Positions 21,536-32,794 of a stretch of DNA of 64,000 nt are shown here, in pieces. The DNA comes from Cyanobacteriota bacterium. Lineage in GTDB: Bacteria; Cyanobacteriota; Cyanobacteriia; Cyanobacteriales; Nostocaceae. A program made the translations under genes and the position numbers. The stretch's first letter is position 1, and every line of letters begins with the position of its first letter. Where the stretch lies: contig JBJOKS010000001.1 in assembly GCA_046045965.1 (NCBI GenBank), forward strand, positions 1 to 64,000, written 5' to 3'. The notes under the pieces were generated by a model. It did no database searches and was not told where the DNA came from. It saw only the letters and a list, made by a program, of their open reading frames with translations.

Positions 21536-21605
21536 CTAGTAATTTAGGTTATTTGTTTGTTTGCTACAATTCGTGGGAGAATTTCCCATAGCCAAAATTT
21601 CAAAG

Positions 21606-21679
21606 GGCGAACGATGGGACTCGAACCCACGAATGGTGGTACCACAAACCACTGCCTTAACCACTTGGCTACGCTCGCC
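21606..21679 (-). tRNA. trnH: tRNA-His (GTG)
   Basis: Reverse complement GGCGAGCGTAGCCAAGTGGTTAAGGCAGTGGTTTGTGGTACCACCATTCGTGGGTTCGAGTCCCATCGTTCGCC; cloverleaf, G-1, anticodon GTG, CCA not encoded. Confidence 0.96.
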
Positions 21680-21800
21680 ATCCACTGACTCTTTGAATAT
21701 AGCACGACTTAGAAAAATGGTCAAGATTTTTTTTGGCAGAATTTGACTAAATTTCTGTGTAGTCTTTAAATTGTAAAAACTACATCAAAATCTCAAGTAT

Positions 21801-22181
21801 ATGAAAGTATCGACTATGATTGCATCTGTAGGCGCAGCAGGAATAGCTGTCTTGGGAGTGACGATGACCATGACAAATCCTCAACAGCCTAAGTATGAAG
21901 AGTATGCGGTAGAAAAACTGACAACTTACTTAAAAACGGATTTTTGCCAAAAAACACCGAATTTTTTGCAAAATCTGATACAATTTAATTGCAATCATTT
22001 GGTTGATTCAGCTAATCCACAAATACGAGATATTATTGCTGCAACTACAAAGAGACAGAATTATATAGTTTTCAGTGTTTATACTACAGATTTAAAAATT
22101 GATAATTTAATACCTGGCTATAAATTTGAAACAGTAGGAGCATTTGACAACTTTTATACTTATAAATCTCAAAAACAATAG
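21801..22181 (+). CDS. DUF4359-like protein
   Basis: N-terminal hydrophobic segment, TNP..YEEYA, NYIVFSVY, TVGAFDNF. Confidence 0.75.
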   Translation: MKVSTMIASVGAAGIAVLGVTMTMTNPQQPKYEEYAVEKLTTYLKTDFCQKTPNFLQNLIQFNCNHLVDSANPQIRDIIAATTKRQNYIVFSVYTTDLKIDNLIPGYKFETVGAFDNFYTYKSQKQ

Positions 22182-22209
22182 GTGACAGGGAGCAGGGGGA
22201 GGATGAATA

Positions 22210-22346
22210 AGGGACTTCCAAATAAAAAAATATCCAGTCGTTGAGTAAGCAGGGGAGGTAGGGGAAGCAGGGGAAGCAGGGGGAGAATAATCTGATAGTC
22301 CTCAGTAGATGCAGAAATTTGGATAATTTAATTTCTGGAGTTCCCT
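22210..22346. mobile_element. MITE-like element with ~26-bp imperfect TIRs and internal STRR
   Basis: AGGGACTTCCAAATAAAAAAATATCC versus reverse complement of the right end AGGGAACTCCAGAAATTAAATTATCC. Confidence 0.65.
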
Positions 22347-22380
22347 AACCCAATAACTAATGACCAATAACTAATAACTA

Positions 22381-23895
22381 ATGACTTGTTGTACTGCTTG
22401 TTTGTACCAGCAAAACCCGGATAATGCGCGGTTTTGTATTAAATGTGGTAAGCGTTTACTGCTCAAAGAACGCTATCGTCCGATTTATCCCATTGGTAGC
22501 GGTGGTTTTGGCAGAACTTTTTTGGCTGTAGATGAGGATATACCATCTAAACCCAAATGTGTAATTAAACAATTATATTTTCCTGATACCAACATAGCTA
22601 CTCTTGCAAAGGCAGTGGAATTATTTCATCAAGAAGCTGTACGCCTAGATGAGTTGCAGCATCCTCAAATCCCCCAATTACTGGCACACTTTGAACAAGA
22701 CAGTCAGCTGTATTTGGTGCAAGAATTAATTGTGGGACAGACATTAGCTCAAGAACTGCAAGCACAAGGTGTGTTTGCTGAAGTTCATATTTGGCAATTA
22801 CTTGAAGATTTATTACCTGTGCTGCAATTTATCCATGCTCAACAAGTGATTCACCGGGATATCAAACCAGCAAATATCATGCGAAGATATACCCCAGTAG
22901 CAGGTAATGAATCTGAAGATCCGCCACCAATTACCAACGCAGCACTATTACATAAAGGTTCTACCATGACTATTGGTGGATTAGAATCTTTAAATTCTCA
23001 ACAAAAACCCAGTAAATCCTTACCAAATAATCAGATAAAAGTAGCAAATATCACCAGCAAATCTGCCCCAGGTGAGCTAGTTCTGATTGACTTTGGAGTT
23101 GCTAAACAAATCACCGCTACAGCGTTGGTAAATACTGGGACAACGGTTGGTAGTGCAGAATATATGGCTCCTGAACAAATGCGGGGTAAGGCTTTACCAG
23201 CAAGTGATCTTTATAGTTTGGGTGTAACTTGTATTTACTTATTAACTGGTATTTCTCCCTTTGATTTATTTGATGTGACAAGCGATCGCTGGGTATGGCA
23301 AAATTATCTACCTGCTGAAAATAAAGTTTCTGAGCGTTTGTCTGCAATTCTTGATAAACTGCTACAAAATGCCCTTTCTCAACGTTACCAGTCTGCAACG
23401 GAAGTTTTAGCAGCAATCAACATCCAAGCACAACCGATTAAACCACAACCAATTAATACCCTGCATTCAGCCGCAGGAGTTGATTACAAACGGTTAGAAA
23501 ATTTATTGAAGTATAAAAAATGGCAAAAAGCAGATCAAGAAACTTGGGAAGTGATGCGTCAGGTTTTATCTAAGGTTTATCTATCTAATAGTGATTTAGA
23601 AAACTTTCCTAGTGAAGATTTACAGATCATTGATCAACTGTGGACAAAATATAGTCAAGGAAATTTTGGTTTCACTGTGCAAGTAGAAATTTATGAAAGT
23701 TGTGGTAGAGACTATGTTAAGTTTTGTGAAACTGTGGGCTGGGATCTGAATAAATCTAGCTCTCTTAGTCACAACATACTTGCTGGTTGGTTAGCACCCA
23801 AAGGAAATTTACCTTCACATCCTTGGGTGGGAGGGACTAAACCCTGGCAACATATGAATGCTTTGGGTACTGCTATTTTCAAATATCGACGTTGA
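22381..23895 (+). CDS. Ser/Thr protein kinase with N-terminal Cys motif and C-terminal GUN4-like domain
   Basis: GSGGFG, HRDIKPAN, DFG, APE; DYKRLENLL...WQKADQET...IDQLW..YSQG.FGF. Confidence 0.92.
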   Translation: MTCCTACLYQQNPDNARFCIKCGKRLLLKERYRPIYPIGSGGFGRTFLAVDEDIPSKPKCVIKQLYFPDTNIATLAKAVELFHQEAVRLDELQHPQIPQLLAHFEQDSQLYLVQELIVGQTLAQELQAQGVFAEVHIWQLLEDLLPVLQFIHAQQVIHRDIKPANIMRRYTPVAGNESEDPPPITNAALLHKGSTMTIGGLESLNSQQKPSKSLPNNQIKVANITSKSAPGELVLIDFGVAKQITATALVNTGTTVGSAEYMAPEQMRGKALPASDLYSLGVTCIYLLTGISPFDLFDVTSDRWVWQNYLPAENKVSERLSAILDKLLQNALSQRYQSATEVLAAINIQAQPIKPQPINTLHSAAGVDYKRLENLLKYKKWQKADQETWEVMRQVLSKVYLSNSDLENFPSEDLQIIDQLWTKYSQGNFGFTVQVEIYESCGRDYVKFCETVGWDLNKSSSLSHNILAGWLAPKGNLPSHPWVGGTKPWQHMNALGTAIFKYRR

Positions 23896-24067
23896 TATTT
23901 TCGATCTGTTTAGCGGCTTTTTCCCACAACTTGGCGGTTTCTTCATCTTGCCAATGAGTTCTGAGATTTTCCGCCTTTTTATGGCATATTCGTTCTAACA
24001 TCTCTAGAATTGCACCTAAAGTTAGCTTATCGACTAACTCTTCTAAAGCATTCATGAATTCTTTCAT
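23879..24067 (-). CDS. Small hypothetical protein
   Basis: 62-aa ORF with GAGG RBS; ICHKKAENLRTHWQD. Confidence 0.65.
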   Translation of the reverse strand: MKEFMNALEELVDKLTLGAILEMLERICHKKAENLRTHWQDEETAKLWEKAAKQIENINVDI

Positions 24068-24107
24068 ATAAATACCTCATACATCAACTTTTAGTAAATC
24101 ACATTCT

Positions 24108-24845
24108 ATGCCTATATCATCTGCCTATCTTTTAGTATCTCACGGTAGTCGTGATCCGCGTCCAGATGTTGCCATGCAGCAACTAGCAAAGTTGGTAAGT
24201 CTGAAATTACCAAATAGTGAAAATTTAGTAGGTACAGCTACTTTAGAGGTAAATACTCAACCTTTACATGAGCAAATTCAAGATTTTGCTGCAACTGCTT
24301 TGGCTTTTGGGTGTAAATGCCTGAAAATTGTACCTTTATTTCTTGTACCGGGAGTTCATGTCATGTCAGATATTCCCGCAGAAGTAGAACTTGCACAAAC
24401 CGCACTGGGTGAAAATATCAAGATTGAAATTAAAGCATATTTAGGCAGTCATGGAAATTTAGCAAAGTTGCTGAATCCAACAATGGCTAAAATACAAGCA
24501 GAAGTATCAATTCTCTTAGCTCATGGTAGCCGTCGTTCTGGTTCGCAACAGCCAGTAGAAACTATGGCCATGAATTTGGGAGCAGTAACGGCTTATTGGT
24601 CTGTATCTCCCAGTTTAGAAGCAAGGGTGAAAGAATTGGTGGTTGCTGGTTATCGGCAAATTGCGATTTTGCCATACTTTTTATTCACTGGTGGCATTAC
24701 CGATGCGATCGCAAAATCCATAGAACAGTTAAAATTACAATTTCCTGGGGTAAAGTTTCAATTAGCACCACCTCTAGGAGCAAGTGCTGAAATGGCTGAT
24801 TTAATTTGGGATTTAGCAACAGAAGGGGAAAAGGTTTTTGGGTAA
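24108..24845 (+). CDS. Sirohydrochlorin chelatase (CbiX/SirB family, two domains)
   Basis: Two HGSR motifs, PLFL..G.H and PYFL..G. Confidence 0.88.
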   Translation: MPISSAYLLVSHGSRDPRPDVAMQQLAKLVSLKLPNSENLVGTATLEVNTQPLHEQIQDFAATALAFGCKCLKIVPLFLVPGVHVMSDIPAEVELAQTALGENIKIEIKAYLGSHGNLAKLLNPTMAKIQAEVSILLAHGSRRSGSQQPVETMAMNLGAVTAYWSVSPSLEARVKELVVAGYRQIAILPYFLFTGGITDAIAKSIEQLKLQFPGVKFQLAPPLGASAEMADLIWDLATEGEKVFG

Positions 24846-25584
24846 AGTTTATTTAATCGGTGCAGGTCCTGGAGATCCTGGACTCATGACTATCAAGGGT
24901 AAAGGTTTGCTTGAATGTGCAGATGTAGTTATTTATGATGCCTTGGTGAGTCCAGCAATTTTGGATATGATCAATCCTCAAGCTGAGAAAATCAACGCTG
25001 GTAAGCGCATGGGAAGACATTCGCTCTTACAGGAAGAAACCACCCATCTGCTAATTGAAAAAGCCCAAGATCATGCCATTGTGGTGCGGTTAAAAGGTGG
25101 CGATCCTTTTATTTTTGGACGTGGTGGCGAAGAAATGGCCGAATTGGTAGAAGCTGGAATTCTTGTAGAAGTTGTGCCGGGGATCACAGCCGGAATTGCG
25201 GCGGCGGCTTATGCTGGAATTCCCTTAACCCATCGTCTGTATAGTTCATCGGTGACATTTGTAACAGGTCACGAATCGGCGGGTAAGTATAGACCGGCGG
25301 TAAATTGGCCAGCGATCGCCCAAGGTTCAGAAACAATTGTGATTTATATGGGTATCCACAATCTACCTTACATCGTGGAACAGTTGAGTTTAGCTGGGTT
25401 GAGTCTACAGACTCCAATTGGTTTGGTGAGGTGGGGAACCCGGCCAGAACAAGAAGAATTAATTGGTGAGTTAGGGACAATTGTGCAACAAGTTGAAGAG
25501 ACGGGATTTAGTGCGCCAGCGATCGCAGTCATTGGAGCAGTAGTCAAGATGCACAGTATTCTTTCTGGGTGTCGTCCTTTATAG
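24838..25584 (+). CDS. cobA: Uroporphyrinogen-III C-methyltransferase
   Basis: GAGPGDPGL, RLKGGDPFIFGRGGEE, VPGIT. Confidence 0.95.
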   Translation: MGKVYLIGAGPGDPGLMTIKGKGLLECADVVIYDALVSPAILDMINPQAEKINAGKRMGRHSLLQEETTHLLIEKAQDHAIVVRLKGGDPFIFGRGGEEMAELVEAGILVEVVPGITAGIAAAAYAGIPLTHRLYSSSVTFVTGHESAGKYRPAVNWPAIAQGSETIVIYMGIHNLPYIVEQLSLAGLSLQTPIGLVRWGTRPEQEELIGELGTIVQQVEETGFSAPAIAVIGAVVKMHSILSGCRPL

Positions 25585-25601
25585 TCTCAATCAAGAAAAA
25601 T

Positions 25602-26627
25602 TTAAATCATGTGCTGAAAAATCATTTTTAGGAAATCACCTTGATTCAAAGGCTTAGTCAAGCAACCAGAAGCTCTGACTAGCTTTGCTTTAGCTCTATC
25701 AATCAGACTAGCTTTTTCTGACACCATAATCACAGGTGTATTTTTAAAAGATGCTTGTTTCCGTAATAAAGAACAAACTTCATATCCATCTAAATTCGGC
25801 ATTGTCACATCCAGAAAAATCATATCTGGTTTGAGGTGAAAAATTTCCATTAAAGCTTTTAACGAATCTGTAACACCAATTACAGAAAATATTTGCTCAT
25901 CTAAAAAACCTCTAATGGTATTTAAAACCAGAGGACTATCATCCACACAGAAAATAGTGTAATTCTTTTTGTCCTGGGGTCTTGAGTAAAGTCGCTGATA
26001 TCTATTCGTAATTGGTGGTTTATTACCGATTGGGGGTAATTGTACTTCAATTTTGGGGCGTGTCCTTGGTTCGTTATATTGCCAAAACTGCTCAGGAGAA
26101 ATTCGCACACCCGCTTCACACTTTTCGACTAATAAGCGCAGATTCAAATGACAAAACTTGGGTAAATCATCTAAAAAACTCTCAGGGATAAACTCATAAC
26201 TCCCTTCTTCTATTTTCAGAAATGAATCTAGAAACTCTAAAGACAATTGCTCAATTAGCATTGCTGCTTGTAAGGAACTCAGATAGTTCTCATTAACTAG
26301 CCAGCAAATAGCTAAATAATCGGGATTTGGTATGGTCTGATTTTCCACACCTCTTTCAAATATTGTCTGCAACTGCTCATTAATCTCTCTGGGAAGAGTA
26401 GAGTTGTGTTGGCCTAACCTCTGTAAGTTTCTATATAGCGGTTCAAACATCTTCTCAGAGTAACAGGCATAAATCAGCTTACCCTCTTGTACATAGATTG
26501 ACCAAGCCCCTGAAGTGCTAAATACTTGTAGACAACCAGTAACAGACTTACTGGTGATTTTTTTCAAGAGGGATAAGGGTTGTAGCTTTTGGAAAAATCT
26601 GTATCTACTAATAGGAAGCGTTTTCAT
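25602..26627 (-). CDS. patA: Heterocyst patterning response regulator PatA (PATAN + receiver)
   Basis: MKTLPISRYRFFQKLQPLSLLKKIT, NPDYLAICWLV and C-terminal REC domain match Anabaena PatA as recalled; Asp acceptor retained (IFLDVTMP). Confidence 0.9.
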   Translation of the reverse strand: MKTLPISRYRFFQKLQPLSLLKKITSKSVTGCLQVFSTSGAWSIYVQEGKLIYACYSEKMFEPLYRNLQRLGQHNSTLPREINEQLQTIFERGVENQTIPNPDYLAICWLVNENYLSSLQAAMLIEQLSLEFLDSFLKIEEGSYEFIPESFLDDLPKFCHLNLRLLVEKCEAGVRISPEQFWQYNEPRTRPKIEVQLPPIGNKPPITNRYQRLYSRPQDKKNYTIFCVDDSPLVLNTIRGFLDEQIFSVIGVTDSLKALMEIFHLKPDMIFLDVTMPNLDGYEVCSLLRKQASFKNTPVIMVSEKASLIDRAKAKLVRASGCLTKPLNQGDFLKMIFQHMI

Positions 26628-27637
26628 CAGCATAGTTCTAAATACAAATAAAAATTTGACATTGCAATTTGTGAATCTCCCGTAGGGGACTCACACCGGT
26701 CTTTTTGGACTTACTGCCAGATAAAGATAGCGGTTTATATGGAAGTGAGTATAGCAAGTCCCCACTCTAAACACACAATACCCAACACCCCACACCCCAC
26801 TCACCCCTCACCCAAGCAAAAAGGCTGAAATTATTCCAGAAAACAGCATTCCCAACATCAGATTTACTTTCTGTTTGACTTTCTGTATTTTTCCCTAATC
26901 TGGCTAATCTCGGAATTTATACCTCTGGCGTTTTTACAGGTGATGAAAATGGCCACTTCAGCAGTCAGCCACAAGCTAATACCTTACGGCAAGTTACACC
27001 AACAGCAAGGAGAATAGTCTGGTGTTTATTTTCCAACTCAATAGTTTTAAATCGGAAAAAATTTGGTTTTAGCTACTGTCTGACTGCATAAGCTGAGTTC
27101 TGAGTTTCGATAGCTTTTTGGTAAATACCCAAAAAATAACCATTTTAAAATTGATGGAAGATGCTCAAGAATTACTTACTAAATTCACGTTACTATATAT
27201 TTAACAGGGAAATAAAAAACTATTTTAAATCTCATATAAAAACTTCAAGTAAATACTAAATTTTGTAATAAAAATAGCTGTTTTAAATTATTATTGTTCA
27301 CCTTAATTCTTTCATAAAAAAGATTTGTTTGGATAAAATAAATCATCTATCATTTTACTCTCTTGTAGCCAATTACAAAGAAGCAATGTACTGTAAATTA
27401 CTGCCCATACTATAATGTTTGTGTCCGGTAGTTTTCTACCCACACAGTGCTTAATTTATTCTTTTCAGCTTTGATAATTAACTATCAGGATAATTTAGAA
27501 GTCAGGTGTCAGGAGTTAGGCGGAAAATAACACCTGATCATTGTTACTGGTATTAGTATTCTGTAATCTTTGGAACTACTGAAATTGTTAAAATTAGTAA
27601 AAGTCTCACATAACTAGCCGTTTAAACTTAACCAACT

Positions 27638-28558
27638 GTGTCCGCTATTAATCTCCTAGTTCAAGAAAAAAGTGACCGACTGGATCGCTATCTGTCAGAA
27701 GAAATACCAGATTTATCCCGTTCCCGTGTACAACAGTTAATTGAACATGGCCATGTCCAACTCAATGATCAAGTTTGCACATCTAAGAAAATAAATCTGC
27801 AAGTAGGCGATCGCATTAGTCTAGAAATTCCCGCAGTCCAACCTTTGGAATTGGTAGCAGAAGATATCCCTTTAGATATTCTCTACGAAGATGAGCAATT
27901 ACTTATTCTCAATAAACCCGCAGGTTTGGTGGTTCATCCTGCACCTGGTCACGCAAATGGAACTTTAGTTAATGCTTTATTAGCACATTGTCCCAATTTA
28001 CCGGGAATTGGTGGTTTTCAACGTCCGGGAATTGTTCACAGATTAGACAAAGATACAACTGGTGCGATCGCTATTGCTAAAACAGATATCGCCTATCAAC
28101 ACCTACAAGCACAACTGCAAGCCAAAACAGCACGACGAGAATATTTAGGGGTGGTTTACGGTGCGCCAAAAACTGAAAGCGGAACTGTAGATTTACCCAT
28201 TGGTCGTCATCCCCATGATCGTAAAAAAATGGCCATAGTCCCTGTAGAACAAGGGGGAAGAACAGCCATAACTCATTGGCAAGTGAAAGAAAGGCTTAAT
28301 AAGTACACTTTGATCCACTTTCAACTAGAAACAGGACGTACTCATCAAATTCGAGTCCATAGCGCCAAAATTGGTCATCCTATCGTTGGTGATCCTGTTT
28401 ATGGTTCTGGTCGTTCTGTAGGGGTAAATTTGCCCGGTCAAGCATTACACGCTTGGCGACTCAAGTTAAAACATCCCATTTCTGGAGATTGGGTTGAAGT
28501 AACCGCACCTCTACCCCAAACCTTCACAAAGTTGCTGGAAATTCTCCGTCGTAGATAG
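27638..28558 (+). CDS. RluA/RluD family pseudouridine synthase
   Basis: S4 domain, NKPAGLVVHP, HRLDKDTTG, GRTHQIR. Confidence 0.95.
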   Translation: MSAINLLVQEKSDRLDRYLSEEIPDLSRSRVQQLIEHGHVQLNDQVCTSKKINLQVGDRISLEIPAVQPLELVAEDIPLDILYEDEQLLILNKPAGLVVHPAPGHANGTLVNALLAHCPNLPGIGGFQRPGIVHRLDKDTTGAIAIAKTDIAYQHLQAQLQAKTARREYLGVVYGAPKTESGTVDLPIGRHPHDRKKMAIVPVEQGGRTAITHWQVKERLNKYTLIHFQLETGRTHQIRVHSAKIGHPIVGDPVYGSGRSVGVNLPGQALHAWRLKLKHPISGDWVEVTAPLPQTFTKLLEILRRR

Positions 28559-29217
28559 GGGACTCTTTACTGGGGACTGGGGACTGGGTTATTAACTTCC
28601 CCTACCTCCTCTGCTCCTCTGCTCCCTGCCTCCCTCCTGAAATCCCCCCAGGGAGGTTAATTTAACAGATTCTCAACAATATGTAGAAATGTAAATTTTG
28701 CATTACTTAATATAAACTACTTAACCTAAGTATATCCCCATAATTCCTGTAAATTAGCCCTGATATATTTTTTCCAGATCATTAAATTAATCTAAAATGT
28801 ATAAATTTTCTCGATATTCAGAAACTTAATGAAGTTTTGTAACGAAAATTAGTAACTTTTCGGGTATACATCCCTTGTATGTAAAGGATTTGAGGCTTTT
28901 CTTATTACCTGATCTTATTTATTCATAAATTGTAACAAATAAAGTCTCTATAGCAGTGTATAAACTAATCTGGAGGGGTTAAAAACCAAAGCAAAGCTAA
29001 ACGAGATAACCAATCCAATCTGGTTTGCTGTTTTCTCATAAAGTTACCTCCGATTCTCATATTTCTGCCTTGAGGAAGATAGACAAGAAAGTGAGAAAGG
29101 AAGTAAGAGAACTTTAGCTTTGATTAACTCTTTGTTGTTGAACCATTCCTGATTGATAAAACATTCACGGTTTTAATCAAGACATCTCTCAACTAAGTAA
29201 TTAGGAGATTAGAGTCC

Positions 29218-29739
29218 ATGACATTAGATGTATTTTCCAAGGTTGTTTCTGCCGCTGACGCTAGAGGCGAATTTCTAAGCACCGAACAACTAGATGCTTT
29301 GACCGAAGTTGTAAAAAGTGGCAACAAGCGTTTAGACGCTGTTAACCGTATCACAAGCAATGCTTCTGCTATCGTTACCGATGCTGCTCGTGCTTTATTT
29401 GAAGAACAGCCCCAATTGATCGCTCCTGGTGGTAACGCTTACACCAACCGTCGCATGGCTGCTTGTCTACGCGACATGGAAATCATCTTACGCTATGTTA
29501 CCTACGCTGCATTAGCTGGTGACGCTAGTGTTCTCGATGACCGTTGCTTAAATGGCTTACGTGAAACCTACCAAGCTTTGGGTACTCCTGGTGCTTCTGT
29601 AGCTGTTGGTGTTGGCAAAATGAAAGAAGCTGCTATCAAGATCGTTAACGATCCCAACGGTATCACCAAAGGCGATTGCAGTTCTTTAGTTTCTGAATTG
29701 GCAAGCTACTTTGATCGTGCAGCTGCTGCTGTTGTCTAA
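29218..29739 (+). CDS. cpcB: C-phycocyanin beta subunit
   Basis: [22 protein letters not shown]. Confidence 0.98.
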   Translation: MTLDVFSKVVSAADARGEFLSTEQLDALTEVVKSGNKRLDAVNRITSNASAIVTDAARALFEEQPQLIAPGGNAYTNRRMAACLRDMEIILRYVTYAALAGDASVLDDRCLNGLRETYQALGTPGASVAVGVGKMKEAAIKIVNDPNGITKGDCSSLVSELASYFDRAAAAVV

Positions 29740-29815
29740 GAGATTACAAGTAGTTCCGAGCTAAATATCTAGCTCTTCCAACAACACAAGAAACCAATTA
29801 AGGAGAAATTAGATC

Positions 29816-30304
29816 ATGAAGACCCCAATTACCGAAGCTATTGCAGCTGCTGATACCCAAGGACGTTTCCTGAGCAACACCGAATTACAAGCTGTTAACG
29901 GTCGTTTTGATCGTGCTGCTGCCAGCATGGAAGCTGCTCGTGGTTTGACCTCTAAAGCTCAACAGCTAATTGATGGTGCTACCAACGCTGTATACCAAAA
30001 GTTTCCTTACACCACCTCTACTCCTGGTCCTCAGTTCGCTGCTGATGCTCGTGGTAAAGGTAAGTGCGCTCGTGACGTAGGTCACTACCTCCGCATCGTT
30101 ACCTACAGCTTGGTTGCTGGTGGTACAGGTCCTTTGGATGAATTCCTAATTGCTGGTTTGGCTGAAATCAACAGCTCTTTTGAATTGTCTCCCAGCTGGT
30201 ACGTTGAAGCTTTGAAATATATCAAAGCTAACCACGGTTTGAGCGGTCAAGCTGCTAACGAAGCTAACACCTACCTTGACTACGCTATCAACGCTCTCAG
30301 CTAG
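29816..30304 (+). CDS. cpcA: C-phycocyanin alpha subunit
   Basis: [23 protein letters not shown]. Confidence 0.98.
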   Translation: MKTPITEAIAAADTQGRFLSNTELQAVNGRFDRAAASMEAARGLTSKAQQLIDGATNAVYQKFPYTTSTPGPQFAADARGKGKCARDVGHYLRIVTYSLVAGGTGPLDEFLIAGLAEINSSFELSPSWYVEALKYIKANHGLSGQAANEANTYLDYAINALS

Positions 30305-30312
30305 ATAGCTTC

Positions 30313-30439
30313 ATGCCCGGAGAGGGGTACAAGTGCTGGATGAAACTATCCCTTTGGGGTTAACTCAGTTTTTCGTGGGGAATAAATTCTCACTCGACTA
30401 GACTGAATCACCTAGCAGTTGGATCTCGCTCCGGGCATA
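30313..30439 (+). terminator. Long stem-loop after cpcA (terminator or mRNA-stabilising structure)
   Basis: ATGCCCGGAG...CTCCGGGCAT closing stem followed by AGTTTT. Confidence 0.6.
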
Positions 30440-30447
30440 GTTTTATG

Positions 30448-30561
<114 letters not shown>

Positions 30562-30649
30562 GCTAACAAATAACCAACTTGATGTAACCAGCAATTGGTT
30601 AGAAACAGCAGCATTGCTAATCAAAATTGCTAATCAAAGGGGAAAAACA

Positions 30650-31510
30650 ATGGCAATTACAGCAGCAGCATCCAGGCTGGGAACTGAGCCTTTTAGCGAA
30701 GCACGTCGAGTAGAACTGCGCCCCAACGCCAGCCGCGAAGATGTGGAAATGGTGATTAAAGCCGTTTATCGCCAAGTTTTAGGAAACGACTATATTCTGG
30801 CATCAGATCGCCTCGTGAGTGCAGAGTCACTTTTGCGTGATGGCAATTTGACAGTGCGTGAGTTTGTGCGGAGCGTTGCTAAGTCCGAACTCTACAAATC
30901 CAAATTCTTCTATAACAGTTTCCAAACCCGGTTAATTGAACTCAACTACAAACATTTGTTGGGTCGCGCTCCTCTGGATGAGTCTGAGGTGACATACCAC
31001 TTAGACCTATACATTAACGAGGGTTACGATGCAGAAATCGACTCTTATATAGATTCGATGGAGTATCAAAACAACTTTGGTGACAACGTTGTACCTTACT
31101 ATCGTGGGTTTGATTTTCAACCGGGACAAACATCAGCTGGTTTTACTCGGATGTTCCGTTTATACCGTGGATATGCCAACAGTGATACTGCCCAGGTAGA
31201 AGGTAGCAAATCACGGTTAGCACGGGAACTAGCAAGTAACAAAGCTTCCTCTATTGTTGGTCCATCGGGCAGTAATAATAATTGGGCATTCCGTTCATCT
31301 GCGGATAATGCACCCAAACAAAACTTAGGTAATGCTGTAGGGCAATCGGATCGCGTATACCGAATTGAAGTAGCGGGCATTCGCAATCCAGGATTCCCCA
31401 GCGTGCGCCGCAGCAGCACAACATTCATTGTACCTTATGAGCGCCTTTTAGACAAAATGCAGCAAATTCACCGATCCGGTGGCAAAATTGTCAGCGTTAT
31501 ATCCACATAA
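30650..31510 (+). CDS. cpcC: Phycocyanin rod linker CpcC
   Basis: [11 protein letters not shown] start at 30650; PBS linker domain plus CpcD-like C-terminus. Confidence 0.96.
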
Positions 31511-31560
31511 GGTAGAGTGCTGTTTGTTGGTATACCCCATCAAGAGGAGATTTAGAATTA

Positions 31561-31800
31561 ATGTTCGGTCAAACCACACTTGGTGCTAGTAGCGTTTCTT
31601 CATCTGCAAGCCGTGTATTTCGTTATGAAGTTGTGGGCTTAAAGCAAAACCAAGAAACCGACAAGAATAAATTCAGCATTCGTCGTAGCGGTAGCGTATT
31701 TATTACCGTACCCTACAGCCGGATGACTGAAGAAATGCAGCGGATTAGCCGCTTAGGTGGCAGAATTGTCAAAATTGAACCCTTGACTGTAGCAGAATAA
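31561..31800 (+). CDS. cpcD: Rod-capping linker CpcD
   Basis: RVFRYEVVGL...VPYSRM..EMQRISRLGGRIV. Confidence 0.96.
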   Translation: MFGQTTLGASSVSSSASRVFRYEVVGLKQNQETDKNKFSIRRSGSVFITVPYSRMTEEMQRISRLGGRIVKIEPLTVAE

Positions 31801-31816
31801 AACTAAAGTCCTGGTA

Positions 31817-32647
31817 ATGATAGAACCCAGTACGTCAGAACATTCTGCCGAAAATGGGGCGCAGTTGACACCAGAGCAAGCCATCGCTAACCTGCAATCA
31901 TCAGATTTAAGTCTCCGCTATTATGCTGCTTGGTGGTTGGGTAAGTTTCGAGTCAGTCAGCCAGAAGCCATAGATGCACTGATTAAAGCATTAGAGGATG
32001 AGGCTGACATCACAGAACTAGGAGGTTATCCACTGCGACGAAATGCAGCCAGAGCATTGGGAAAATTGGGCAGTCCCAAAGCCATACCTGGCTTGATTCA
32101 GTGTTTGGAATGCTCGGATTTTTATGTGCGGGAAGCAGCAGCCCAATCTTTAGGAATGCTAAACGCTAAAGCCGCAGTACCAACACTAATCAAAATGCTA
32201 GATGGGGGTGTTGCCAAGGCCTTGCAAGTACCAGGTCGCCCTCATCTGACCCAACCCTATGAAGCAGTGTTAGAAGCCTTGGGAGCTATTGGTGCAACTG
32301 AGGCTATTTGCCTAATTCAGCCTTTTCTAGAGCATCCTGTCCCACGGGTACAATGCGCCGCATCTAGGGCTATGTATCAACTGACCCAAGATCCTCAATA
32401 TGGGGAATTTTTGGTGACAATGATGCAAAAAAGTGATCTGAAATTGCGGCGGGTGATTTTGGGGGATTTGGGAGCAATTGGGTATATGGCAGCAGCAGAG
32501 GCGATCGCCCTTGCTCAGGCAGAAAATAGCTTTAAACTCATGGCGCTCAAAGGATTACTAGAGCATCAAATTTCTCATGAGTTAGATTCTCTCGCTGTTT
32601 CTGATCAGGCAATTCTGGTCATGAACCTGATGGATTCACTTTTATAG
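31817..32647 (+). CDS. cpcE: Phycocyanobilin lyase subunit CpcE
   Basis: RYYAAWWLG, GGYPLRRNAARALG HEAT repeats. Confidence 0.95.
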   Translation: MIEPSTSEHSAENGAQLTPEQAIANLQSSDLSLRYYAAWWLGKFRVSQPEAIDALIKALEDEADITELGGYPLRRNAARALGKLGSPKAIPGLIQCLECSDFYVREAAAQSLGMLNAKAAVPTLIKMLDGGVAKALQVPGRPHLTQPYEAVLEALGAIGATEAICLIQPFLEHPVPRVQCAASRAMYQLTQDPQYGEFLVTMMQKSDLKLRRVILGDLGAIGYMAAAEAIALAQAENSFKLMALKGLLEHQISHELDSLAVSDQAILVMNLMDSLL

Positions 32648-32656
32648 TCATTAGTC

Positions 32657-32729
32657 GTAGGGGCGAAGCATTCAGAAAATAACCTTTGATAAAAACTGAG
32701 CGTTTATCCCCTGAATGCTTCGCCCGTAC
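32657..32729. repeat. GTAG-type REP/REPIN-like hairpin
   Basis: GTAGGGGCGAAGCATTCAG...CTGAATGCTTCGCCCGTAC inverted arms. Confidence 0.7.
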
Positions 32730-32794
32730 ATTAGTCATTAGTTAAATGATTAACAACAAATGACTATTGACTATTAATCATTGATATTTGACCA

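Noticed and set aside
21536..21746. ORFs 21536..21724 (-) and 21561..21746 (+)
   Set aside because: They overlap tRNA-His and are spurious
27118..27131. Possible HetR site (GGTAAATACCC) upstream of patA
   Set aside because: Mismatch to GGG-N5-CCC; too weak without conservation data
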